Source: a virus
Taxonomy: Duplodnaviria; Caudoviricetes
IMG/VR virus record: IMGVR_UViG_3300016667_000646
Location: 1-25,760 of that record
Length of the DNA stretch: 25,760 bases
Direction: 5' to 3' (one strand)
Shown: one piece after another, positions 8,898 to 16,231 of the stretch
Position numbering within the stretch: the first letter of the stretch is position 1
Layout: the number at the start of each line of letters is the position of its first letter
Program-made: the position numbers and the translations under genes
Notes under the pieces: model-generated
What the model was told of the DNA's origin: nothing
Database searches by the model: none
Seen by the model: only the letters and a program-made list of their open reading frames with translations

Positions 8898-9646
8898 ACG
8901 AACGGCTCCGCAGTGCAGTCCATAGGCGTAGACTTTAGCAGCGCTCCATGCAGAGGGTCACGCATCTTTAGACCGTTTGTACGGCGCTTGACGATCGACA
9001 GCCAGTGGTCGACGACGCTAATGCCGGTAAGGCCTTTAGTAAGGAAGTCTTGAGGGTCAAGGATCGTCCATGACATGCCCTGCCGAGACACGCTCGTGAT
9101 GCGCTCTGGCAGCGCGCACGGCTTGCCTGCTTTTGCGCGCAAGTACTCTTCAGCAAGCTTCTTCGCAACTCGGTCACTGCCAGGGACCAGGGTCGAGGCT
9201 TGAGTGTACTCGACTACATACGTGTAGTTCCTGCAGTTGCAGTTGAAGCCCCATGGCAGCCACTCGCCGGGCATGAAGCCGTTCCACGAAGTGACGCTGT
9301 TCCTGATGTCGACCGTGTGGTCAGAGATGAGGCACGACGTGTCAGTCACTGCTTCTTCAACGGTGCCGCAGTCATGCGTCTTGAAGATGTTGATGACGGC
9401 CTCTACCGGCCCGTGGTAGAGGTCGATCATGTAGCCTGCAGGCACGCGGTACTCGTCGCGCCAGCACCTTGGCCCATGAAGCATTCCGTCAGTCAGTTCG
9501 CTCAAGATGAACGTCGACTCACGCAGCACTGCGATGGCGTCTTCAACATCGACGCCATGCTCAATCGCAAAGTCGTTGTAGTCGTACCAGACTTCGTCGC
9601 CGAAAGACTCTGGCGGCTGCACGATGTTCGGATCAGGCATCGTCAT
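8894..9646 (-). CDS. Head-to-tail adaptor
   Basis: C-terminal motif LAEEYLRAKAGKPCALPERITSVSRQGMSWTILDPQDFLTKGLTGISVVDHWL is typical of actinophage adaptors. The start is uncertain (9661, 9646 or 9640). Confidence 0.8.
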   Translation of the reverse strand: MTMPDPNIVQPPESFGDEVWYDYNDFAIEHGVDVEDAIAVLRESTFILSELTDGMLHGPRCWRDEYRVPAGYMIDLYHGPVEAVINIFKTHDCGTVEEAVTDTSCLISDHTVDIRNSVTSWNGFMPGEWLPWGFNCNCRNYTYVVEYTQASTLVPGSDRVAKKLAEEYLRAKAGKPCALPERITSVSRQGMSWTILDPQDFLTKGLTGISVVDHWLSIVKRRTNGLKMRDPLHGALLKSTPMDCTAEPFV

Positions 9647-9944
9647 CACCTTCATCTTCATCTTCGAACGAGTCTACAAGAGCTCGTAGTTCGAGCATCG
9701 CGATCCTGCGGTGGACCGGCGGCGTTGTGCCGTTCGGACCGAGGTGGTACTTGACTAGCTTCCCGGTCTCAGAGTCGTTGATCAGGCTGCGCACCCAGCT
9801 ACCGAAAGGCACACTGACTAGTGTCTTCCACAGCCACTTGAACGGCTTGCGTGTGAAGATCAGTGTGGCGGTAGTGACGATAATGCCGATAGCGCCAAGC
9901 CACGCGGCAACTTCGGTCAGGATGGTAGGAACTGCAGCAGTCAT
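9633..9944 (-). CDS. Single-pass membrane protein (103 aa)
   Basis: N-terminal hydrophobic helix (VAAWLGAIGIIVTTATLIF) followed by basic residues, then a C-terminal LGPNG...RIAMLE segment like lysis-cassette membrane proteins. Confidence 0.65.
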   Translation of the reverse strand: MTAAVPTILTEVAAWLGAIGIIVTTATLIFTRKPFKWLWKTLVSVPFGSWVRSLINDSETGKLVKYHLGPNGTTPPVHRRIAMLELRALVDSFEDEDEGDDDA

Positions 9945-9963
9945 CGGTCATCGTGTAGCGCGT

Positions 9964-9993
9964 GTGCCTCCGCCCGTTGCCGGACGGAGGCAC
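9964..9993 (-). terminator. 13-bp hairpin with GCAA tetraloop after the major tail gene
   Basis: Minus strand reads GUGCCUCCGUCCG-GCAA-CGGGCGGAGGCAC (one G-U pair), with no U-tract. Confidence 0.65.
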
Positions 9994-10003
9994 TTGCTCA
10001 GGC

Positions 10004-10774
10004 TCAGGGAGCCGGGATGACCGGCGAGATGACGTCTGCGGCGTCCCAGTCGGTAGCAGCGCCGACCCAGTAGAACCCGGGGTCGGGCAGCGGGTCACAC
10101 GCACGCACGTAGCTGAACGGGTTCGCCAGTGCAGACTTGTAGACGACCCAGTCCTCGGAGTCAGCGCCGGGGAAGGCCTCTTCTGAGAGGACCGCGGAGT
10201 AGTAAAGGCCGCCGGTGGTCAGTGCGTCGTTGCCAAGACCCTGACCCTCGAACTCGTTGGAGAGTGCCGAGTTGCCGAACTCGCGGTCGCCTGTGTACCG
10301 GACCTTGACGTACGGGAACACCCAGTGCCAGTACGGCTGGCCAGCGGCAGGCTTGCCGCCGACGTTCGCGGTCGACCAGATCTCGACCGCTACCGGGTTG
10401 TTCGCAGCCGCGCCTACGGCCGGGCTCGAGTAGCCAGCGATCGTGCCGGCCTCGCCGGCACACAGCGCTTCATCGCCTTCAAGCAGCAGACCGCCGGCAA
10501 TCACAGCCGCAGCCTCGGGGTCTGGCGAGCAGACGCTGAGGTTGAAGTTGAGTCGCTTGAGCGTGTCGTCAGCCTTGTAGGAGATGCAGACTGCGCCGTT
10601 GGCAGCCTTCTCGGTGATCTCGTCGCCGTCCTCGTACTCGATGGAGAACGATGCGGAGATGAAGCCCGTGGTCACGTAGACCGGTTTGGTCGTGTCGACC
10701 TCGCCGGTCGAGGTGAGCGGGGTTACCCGCATCAGTCGCCCGAGTACTGATGATGCACCGTCGCGTGCAGCCAT
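10004..10774 (-). CDS. Major tail protein (256 aa)
   Basis: Motifs SVLGRLMRVT.L...G, VTTGFISASF..EYEDGDEI.EKAANG.VC and C.PDPE, as in actinophage tail tube proteins. Strong AGAAAGGA RBS and biased codons. Confidence 0.85.
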   Translation of the reverse strand: MAARDGASSVLGRLMRVTPLTSTGEVDTTKPVYVTTGFISASFSIEYEDGDEITEKAANGAVCISYKADDTLKRLNFNLSVCSPDPEAAAVIAGGLLLEGDEALCAGEAGTIAGYSSPAVGAAANNPVAVEIWSTANVGGKPAAGQPYWHWVFPYVKVRYTGDREFGNSALSNEFEGQGLGNDALTTGGLYYSAVLSEEAFPGADSEDWVVYKSALANPFSYVRACDPLPDPGFYWVGAATDWDAADVISPVIPAP

Positions 10775-10796
10775 GTCGTGTCCTTTCTTCTGCTTG

Positions 10797-10822
10797 TGCG
10801 GGTAGGCCGAAGCCTACCCGCA
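10797..10822 (-). terminator. 11-bp perfect hairpin with C(UUCG)G tetraloop after the major capsid gene
   Basis: Minus strand reads UGCGGGUAGGC-UUCG-GCCUACCCGCA, with no U-tract. Confidence 0.7.
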
Positions 10823-10842
10823 TCAGCAGAGGTTCAGTTGGG

Positions 10843-12525
10843 TCAGTCGGCCTCGACGATGGTGCCCGCGGAGGTGTCGACCGGAGTGGCCGTGCCGCCG
10901 AGGACGTTGATCGCCGTGGTGCCGCGGATGGCCCAGCCGTTGGTGGACGGACCCATGTAGGCGACGGCCTCGAAGGTCTCCGAGAACTCGCAGTACTTGT
11001 TCTGGAGGACGTCATCCTTGGACCGGACTACGCCGAGGTCGAGCGAGCCGCCGTCCAGCCGGACGAAGGTGCCGGTCGGGAAGAGCAGCCACTCGGCCAG
11101 CTGCGGGAATCCCAGCGGCGAGTCGAAGGCGGTCGTGGCCGAGGTGGTGGCGTCATCGTCACCGGAACCTGCAGGCAGGTCATCGATGTACCAGATCGGC
11201 TGGATGTTCAGGTCCGAGAGGTACCCGGCGATCTCGCCGTAGCTCACCGACAGGGTGTTGTCGCCCGGAGCCTGGACAGCCAGGTCAGCCGCGATGGCCT
11301 CGTTCAGCCACGACGGAGCCACAAGCTGCAGCGGCTGGGTCGGGGCCAGACGGTTGGTCCAGCGGAACTGGGAGGCGACGACCCGCAGCGAGGTCAGGAA
11401 GTCGCGAGCGGCGCCGAGCGTGATGTCCGGCGTGCCGACGATGGAACCGGCGGCAGTGCCGCTGGACAGCGTGCCCCACATGTTGCGCAGGAGGTACTGC
11501 TCCGCCCAGCGAGCCTGAGCGACCATGGTCAGCTCGGTGTTGGCTCGGATCCACTCGGGGAAGGCCCGGGTGCTGAGGTTGTCGAAGCAGAGGCACATCG
11601 TGAGGGCCTCAAGGACGGCAGTGTCCTCGGTGCCGCACTCGATGGTGTAGCACGGCTTGTCGGTGACACCGTCCCAGACGGCGAAGGTGTCGTCGTTGTT
11701 CAGCGACACGCCACCGAGCGAGGGCGGGGTCATCCAGGTGATGCCGCCACGGTCCGCGTTGAAGGACGGAAGGGCGTCACGGATGGGCCGGTTGGTGGTA
11801 CCGATGGTCGGCACGTCGTAGACCGGAGCCTTGGGCGCACACCAGCCGGCGGCGGTGAGGGCCTCGGCGGTCAGCTGCTCGGGGTCCGAGATCAGCTGCC
11901 GGATCTTCCGGCTGTTGCCGTCGGCGTCACCGGGCCGCAGGGTGCGGTCCTCGGGGATCTCCGACTCGTGGCGGATGCTGGCGACGAGGACGTGCTCGCC
12001 GTCACCACCGATGCCACGCATCGAGTTGACCTTGGCGGTCAGAGCGTCGACGACCTGATCCATGTCGGACAGCTCGGCACCGGCGGTGAAACCGGGTACG
12101 TCGCCGCCAACGCGGATGACGGGCGCCGCGGCCTGCACAGCCTCGGGCTTGTTCTCTTCTGGTACTTCGTCGGCGGTGAGGTCAGACACCTCGTCCTCCT
12201 GGGTGGGCTCGGCCTCATCGGCCTCGGTCTCGGTCTGGGTTGCCTCGGCGTCAGCCTCAGCAGTGGTCTCGGTCTCAGTCTCGACCTCGGCGGACGCGGC
12301 GACGGCAGCTTCCTCGGGCATGGCTTCGGCTTCGCCGCCGCCACCCTTGCGCTTCTCCATCTCGGCCCGTACCTGGTCCAGTGCGTCGGCCATGCCCTGC
12401 ATCGACTCGACTTCGCCGTTCGAGTCAGCGGCGTCGAATGCCTCGACGAGCTCTGCCTCGAGACCGTCAAGGTCTTCGTCACTCAGGTCAGCCAACTGAG
12501 ACAGCCGTTCGGCAAACTGCTCCAC
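10843..12525 (-). CDS. Major capsid protein (hexamer type) with acidic N-terminal scaffold-like region (560 aa)
   Basis: Motifs ALTAAGWCAP...YD, RP+RDALPSF.ADRGGI, RAFPE and F..GTFVRLDGGSLDLGVVR; N-terminal acidic coiled coil; GAGAGG RBS before GTG; strong G/C third-position bias. Confidence 0.9.
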   Translation of the reverse strand: MEQFAERLSQLADLSDEDLDGLEAELVEAFDAADSNGEVESMQGMADALDQVRAEMEKRKGGGGEAEAMPEEAAVAASAEVETETETTAEADAEATQTETEADEAEPTQEDEVSDLTADEVPEENKPEAVQAAAPVIRVGGDVPGFTAGAELSDMDQVVDALTAKVNSMRGIGGDGEHVLVASIRHESEIPEDRTLRPGDADGNSRKIRQLISDPEQLTAEALTAAGWCAPKAPVYDVPTIGTTNRPIRDALPSFNADRGGITWMTPPSLGGVSLNNDDTFAVWDGVTDKPCYTIECGTEDTAVLEALTMCLCFDNLSTRAFPEWIRANTELTMVAQARWAEQYLLRNMWGTLSSGTAAGSIVGTPDITLGAARDFLTSLRVVASQFRWTNRLAPTQPLQLVAPSWLNEAIAADLAVQAPGDNTLSVSYGEIAGYLSDLNIQPIWYIDDLPAGSGDDDATTSATTAFDSPLGFPQLAEWLLFPTGTFVRLDGGSLDLGVVRSKDDVLQNKYCEFSETFEAVAYMGPSTNGWAIRGTTAINVLGGTATPVDTSAGTIVEAD

Positions 12526-12599
12526 GGTGATACCTCTCTGTTGTTCGGTTATGAAGTCTGTCCTGGTGCGAGGTACCCTTGCGAGTCGCTCTGTATGGA

Positions 12600-12608
12600 A
12601 CTGTAACA
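12600..12608 (-). promoter_or_regulatory. Possible extended -10 promoter (TGtTACAGT) upstream of the major capsid gene
   Basis: TGnTAnnnT match in the 110-bp intergenic gap, about 75 nt before the start codon; no convincing -35. Confidence 0.25.
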
Positions 12609-12635
12609 GCCTACTTTCCGCAGGCGTGACATGTC

Positions 12636-12863
12636 TTAGTCCCGTTGGATAACGCTGACGTTGTTCGGGTCACTGTTCACGTGCACAGTCACCAGGCCGA
12701 GCACAGCGCTCATGCCGGCGGCAAGTGCGCCGAAGCCAGCGGCCCGCATCGTCGTCCAGTCAGTGATACCGGCCGCGGCAGACGTCATCTGTGCCCCGAC
12801 AGTGGCGATGAACGTGCGGACGCAGCGTTCGAAGATGTCAAGCAGTTGTGCTTTCGTAGGCAT
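12636..12863 (-). CDS. Holin, r1t-like family (75 aa)
   Basis: ERCVRTFIAT...DW...ALAAGMSAVLG matches the ERAxKTFxQ...DW...AAxxSxL pattern; two hydrophobic helices. Confidence 0.8.
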   Translation of the reverse strand: MPTKAQLLDIFERCVRTFIATVGAQMTSAAAGITDWTTMRAAGFGALAAGMSAVLGLVTVHVNSDPNNVSVIQRD

Positions 12864-12865
12864 GG

Positions 12866-13879
12866 CTACTCCTTGCAGTCGATGGCATTGCGCCAGCTAA
12901 GGCCGTCCGCGGTCAAGTAGGCGACAGCCTGCTGGGGCGGTTCGACGGGGAAGTTGCACTCGGCCGAGAACGCCGAGTAGCCGACGACGCTGCCGTTCAC
13001 GGTGAACTGCGGTCCCATCGTCAGCTGGTGCCAGTGGCCGAGGAACAGGTGCTCGAACGGGCGGCCGAGGCCCGCCTGGCGCTGCTGCTTGCGGGCGGTC
13101 AGGCGCATGATCGGGGGCCAGACGCCGCCGATCCCGCCGCCGCCACGGGCCTGGTCGCCGTGGGTCAGCAGGTAGCGCCGGCCGAACACCTCGAACTCGG
13201 CGTCGCTGGCCTCGTCGATCGACCAGGTGATGCGGGCGTCGTCGGCGGTCAGTCGGGCGACGAGGTGCGCCAGGTGCCAGTCGAGGTTGTCGCGGGCCTT
13301 GAGGTGCGACCGCTTCTTCAGGGTCATGCGGCCGTGGTTGCCGACCACGACAGGGACGTGGACGGCGTCGTACGCGTCAGCAAGCAGCAACAGGCTTGCA
13401 GCCAGCTGCTCCGACCAGTAGAGCAAAGACCCGAACATCGTGTCGGCGGCGTCCTGCAGGTGGGCCACGTCGATGGGGCCGGTCATCATGTCGCCGCCCC
13501 ACAGGACGACGACGCCCTTGACGTCGGCGGTTGGGCCGACTTTAGGCAGCTCGGCGAGGCGGTGCGCCCAACACTTGAGGCGCTCGGTGGCGACGGTGCG
13601 GTCGTAGGCGTTGACGCCGGCAACGTCCTCGGCCCGTACAATCTCGTCGAAGTGGCAGTCGGACAGCATTGCGACGACGACGGCCTCGCCGGTCTTCGGC
13701 TTCTTTCGAAGCATCCACTTTGGCGGCTGCGGCTCGAGACGGTCGATGCCTTCAAGGACTGCCAGCCTACTGAGCGCTTCATCAAGAGCGTCTTCAGTCG
13801 ACTTCAGACGTGACTTTAGACGCTCGACTTCACGGCGCTTTGAAGCGCTACTGAACTCGTCAAGAGTTTCGCCATCCAC
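12866..13879 (-). CDS. Calcineurin-like metallophosphoesterase with N-terminal coiled coil (337 aa)
   Basis: All five metal-binding motifs are present: SDCH, GGDMMTG, VGNHG, THGD and GHWH. Confidence 0.9.
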   Translation of the reverse strand: MDGETLDEFSSASKRREVERLKSRLKSTEDALDEALSRLAVLEGIDRLEPQPPKWMLRKKPKTGEAVVVAMLSDCHFDEIVRAEDVAGVNAYDRTVATERLKCWAHRLAELPKVGPTADVKGVVVLWGGDMMTGPIDVAHLQDAADTMFGSLLYWSEQLAASLLLLADAYDAVHVPVVVGNHGRMTLKKRSHLKARDNLDWHLAHLVARLTADDARITWSIDEASDAEFEVFGRRYLLTHGDQARGGGGIGGVWPPIMRLTARKQQRQAGLGRPFEHLFLGHWHQLTMGPQFTVNGSVVGYSAFSAECNFPVEPPQQAVAYLTADGLSWRNAIDCKE

Positions 13880-14108
13880 GCTTCTGCCTCATGTTCCGAC
13901 GCCAGTTGTCGATCTTCTGGACCGTCGCGCCTTCGTAGCCTAAAGACTCGAGCCAGTTGCACACAGTGGCAGCTGAAGCGTCTGCGACGATGATCTGCTC
14001 GCGGATCTCCTCCGGCAGCCCGTCACACCAGCTCTTTACGCCGGGGCGCATCGAGTTCTCTTTGGCGAACTCTTCAAGTGACGGCGGCTTCTCTTTGCCG
14101 CCGCTCAT
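13860..14108 (-). CDS. Small hypothetical protein, HTH-like (82 aa)
   Basis: The ATG at 14108 is TGATG-coupled to the protease stop. Helical pattern SAATVCNWLESLGY...TVQKIDNWRR; overlaps the phosphoesterase start. Confidence 0.65.
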   Translation of the reverse strand: MSGGKEKPPSLEEFAKENSMRPGVKSWCDGLPEEIREQIIVADASAATVCNWLESLGYEGATVQKIDNWRRNMRQKRGWRNS

Positions 14109-15106
14109 CAACGGCCCTTATGCACGCGCTTGCGCAGCTCGGCGGCTTTGTCTTCGGCACCGGACGCAGTCACGCCGTGGACGCGCGCACGCAGCTCGCT
14201 GATGTCAGGCTTGGTGTTGCCGCCAGCCGCTGCTACGATCGCATCGTCTAGCACGCTGCGCTGCACAAGTGCGGCACCTGCAAGCTGAGACTCGAGCCGA
14301 GCAAGCCGGCTGTGCATCGCGGCAAGGATCGGAGTGGTGTCGGTCATCTTGCTCTCCTTGCGGACATTACGACGTGAAGCACGCGCAGGGCGCTCATCGC
14401 GCTCGGGCCTGCGTGTGGCCTGCTTGCGCCGCATCGACAGCTCTACAAGAGGCTCTACACCGGCAGCAACCAGGGCTACGGGTGTTCCTGCAGCTACGCG
14501 CGCACGCGGAATCGGGAACCCTGGCACATTCACTGCACAGACCGCGACAAGCTCAAGGTTGCCGTTGATCGGGCGCCAGTCGCCCGACACGGCGGATGCA
14601 CGGATCTCTCGAAGCTGCTCGTCCGAGACGTTCGGTCGAAGTGCGCCGGCTACGACGATGCCGAACTTGTCTTCGAACGCGGCGACGTCCATGACGGCAG
14701 ACCGCGTGTTGTCATAGTGAGCGACTGCGTCTGCGACAGTGGCGTCTAGCGGCGCATGCCCGCCTGACAGCGTGATCTGCCCGACGTCGATCATGTCACC
14801 GTCGGCAGTCTCAAGCTGACCGGTCTGGAAGAAGGCGTACCGGCTGCGAGACTTCGGCGGCTTGATGCTGCCGGCCATGCCGATGTGCGACTGCTGCCAC
14901 GAAGCGATGTGGCCGTAGACTCGACCATCTTTGTCGATCGTCAGAGGCGTCAGGTGCGGCAGCCGCGGCTTTGTGAACCAGTCAGTCGGCGGCTTGACCG
15001 GGAACGCCCCAGCAACCATCGCGCCTTTGCGCTGCCGGACCATCCCTGTGTAGCCGACGGCGTCAAGGGAGCCTGAGTACACTCCATCGCTGATCATGCT
15101 GTCCAC
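14108..15106 (-). CDS. Capsid maturation protease (332 aa)
   Basis: Motifs PP.DWF..P, GRVYGHIA.W, GGHA, HYDNT, AGALRP, SGDWR and LELVAV.AVNVPGFP, as in actinophage proteases that accompany this capsid type. GGAGG RBS before GTG. Confidence 0.8.
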   Translation of the reverse strand: MDSMISDGVYSGSLDAVGYTGMVRQRKGAMVAGAFPVKPPTDWFTKPRLPHLTPLTIDKDGRVYGHIASWQQSHIGMAGSIKPPKSRSRYAFFQTGQLETADGDMIDVGQITLSGGHAPLDATVADAVAHYDNTRSAVMDVAAFEDKFGIVVAGALRPNVSDEQLREIRASAVSGDWRPINGNLELVAVCAVNVPGFPIPRARVAAGTPVALVAAGVEPLVELSMRRKQATRRPERDERPARASRRNVRKESKMTDTTPILAAMHSRLARLESQLAGAALVQRSVLDDAIVAAAGGNTKPDISELRARVHGVTASGAEDKAAELRKRVHKGR

Positions 15107-15145
15107 GGTACCTCCAAGTGTATGTGAGAAGCTGCCTTGTGGAGC

Positions 15146-16231
15146 TTACTCGCCGATCTTCTTCTTCGAAGCCAGGTTGGTAAGCAGAGCTGCTTTCTCG
15201 TTCGTCGACAAGACTTCAGCAGCCGGCGCTTTGCCTCGCTTAGCACTTGGCTTCTTTGCAGGAGCTTTCTTTGCAGCCTTCTTCTTAGCCGCAGGCTTCT
15301 TTGCGGCTTTCTTTGCAGGAGCTTTCTTCTTTGCTTTAGCTGCTTTCAAGCGCTCTGCTTGCGCCTTACGAGCTTCTGACGCAGCGACCGCAATCTCGCG
15401 CTCTGCTTCACGCTGCATCTCTTTGTTGATCTTGAGGATCTCGTCGCCGAGCGCGTACTCGTCAGCCTGCTTGGTCAGCGCGTCTACTTTTGCGCGCGCT
15501 TCTTCCATCTTCTCGGTGTCGAACCGTTGCGAGTGGTACGCCAGCTCGCGCTGCGCTTTCATGATGTCTTTCTGCAGCGTGCGTCGCATCTCTGCCCGCT
15601 TGACTTTGAGCTCACGCTGGTCCGCCAGCGCGATGTCAAGAGCGGTCTGTGCGGCGACTCGTTGCTCGCGAGTAAGCTTCGGGTCTTTGAGCTGGTCGCG
15701 CCGCTTCTTTACTTCGGTCTCACCGACGACGTCAAGGAAGTGGTCGATGTTCGCACGCTTACGAGCATCAGCGCCTTTGACGGCTGACTCGTACTCTGAC
15801 ATGCTTTTCTTGCGACGAGCTTCTGCGCTCTTCAGACCGGCTTGTCGCCGCTGCTCGATCTCTGCGTCAGTCAGCTTGTCAGGCGCGCTGCGCTTCGGGT
15901 CAGGTGCGGGCGCGGCTGCGGTCACTGCGCGCGCTTCAGCGAATGACTTGCCGGCGTCACCGCCCCACAGTGCCCACGCAATGCGGCCGTTTGACGGGTA
16001 GCCGTCTTCGCCGGGGCTCCAGCCTTTGCCTTTCTTGTCGACTTCGTGCCGAGCAAAGTACGAGCGCATCCGTGCGACAGTGCGAGGCGAAAGCTCTTTG
16101 CGGTTCGAGATGTCACGCGCCCGCGCGACACCGACGGCCGTGCCGCCGCGGCCAAACTCTCGGCGCCATGCAAGGCCGCGCTTCGCTTCTGCGACCATTG
16201 CGTCAGTCGGCTTGAAGCTTCGTTCACTCAT
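15146..16231 (-). CDS. Head-associated protein: conserved phage GGTxVG/LWGGDAG domain, coiled coil and histone-H1-like tail (361 aa)
   Basis: The ATG at 16231 overlaps the upstream TGA (ATGA). N-domain EAKRGLAWRREFGRGGTAVGVARAR...RMRSYFARHEVDK...YPSNGRIAWALWGGDAG; C-terminal K/A/P repeats. Confidence 0.8.
   Translation of the reverse strand: MSERSFKPTDAMVAEAKRGLAWRREFGRGGTAVGVARARDISNRKELSPRTVARMRSYFARHEVDKKGKGWSPGEDGYPSNGRIAWALWGGDAGKSFAEARAVTAAAPAPDPKRSAPDKLTDAEIEQRRQAGLKSAEARRKKSMSEYESAVKGADARKRANIDHFLDVVGETEVKKRRDQLKDPKLTREQRVAAQTALDIALADQRELKVKRAEMRRTLQKDIMKAQRELAYHSQRFDTEKMEEARAKVDALTKQADEYALGDEILKINKEMQREAEREIAVAASEARKAQAERLKAAKAKKKAPAKKAAKKPAAKKKAAKKAPAKKPSAKRGKAPAAEVLSTNEKAALLTNLASKKKIGE

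Noticed and set aside
4878-9300. Cys clusters in structural proteins (NCDCG, NCCG, CNCRN) as a metal-cluster system
   Set aside because: Scattered Cys pairs are common in neck proteins of such phages, and no consistent spacing supports a specific cofactor.
10750-12606. 618-aa plus-strand ORF antisense to the major capsid gene
   Set aside because: Shadow ORF produced by strong codon bias in a high-GC gene; no recognisable motifs, and it fully overlaps a confident gene.
7708-12868. Genome-wide TAG reassignment (alternative genetic code)
   Set aside because: Only one internal TAG in about 25 kb of coding sequence (none in the 2450-aa or 1183-aa ORFs), and TAG at 12866-12868 appears to be a normal stop 2 nt before the holin ATG.
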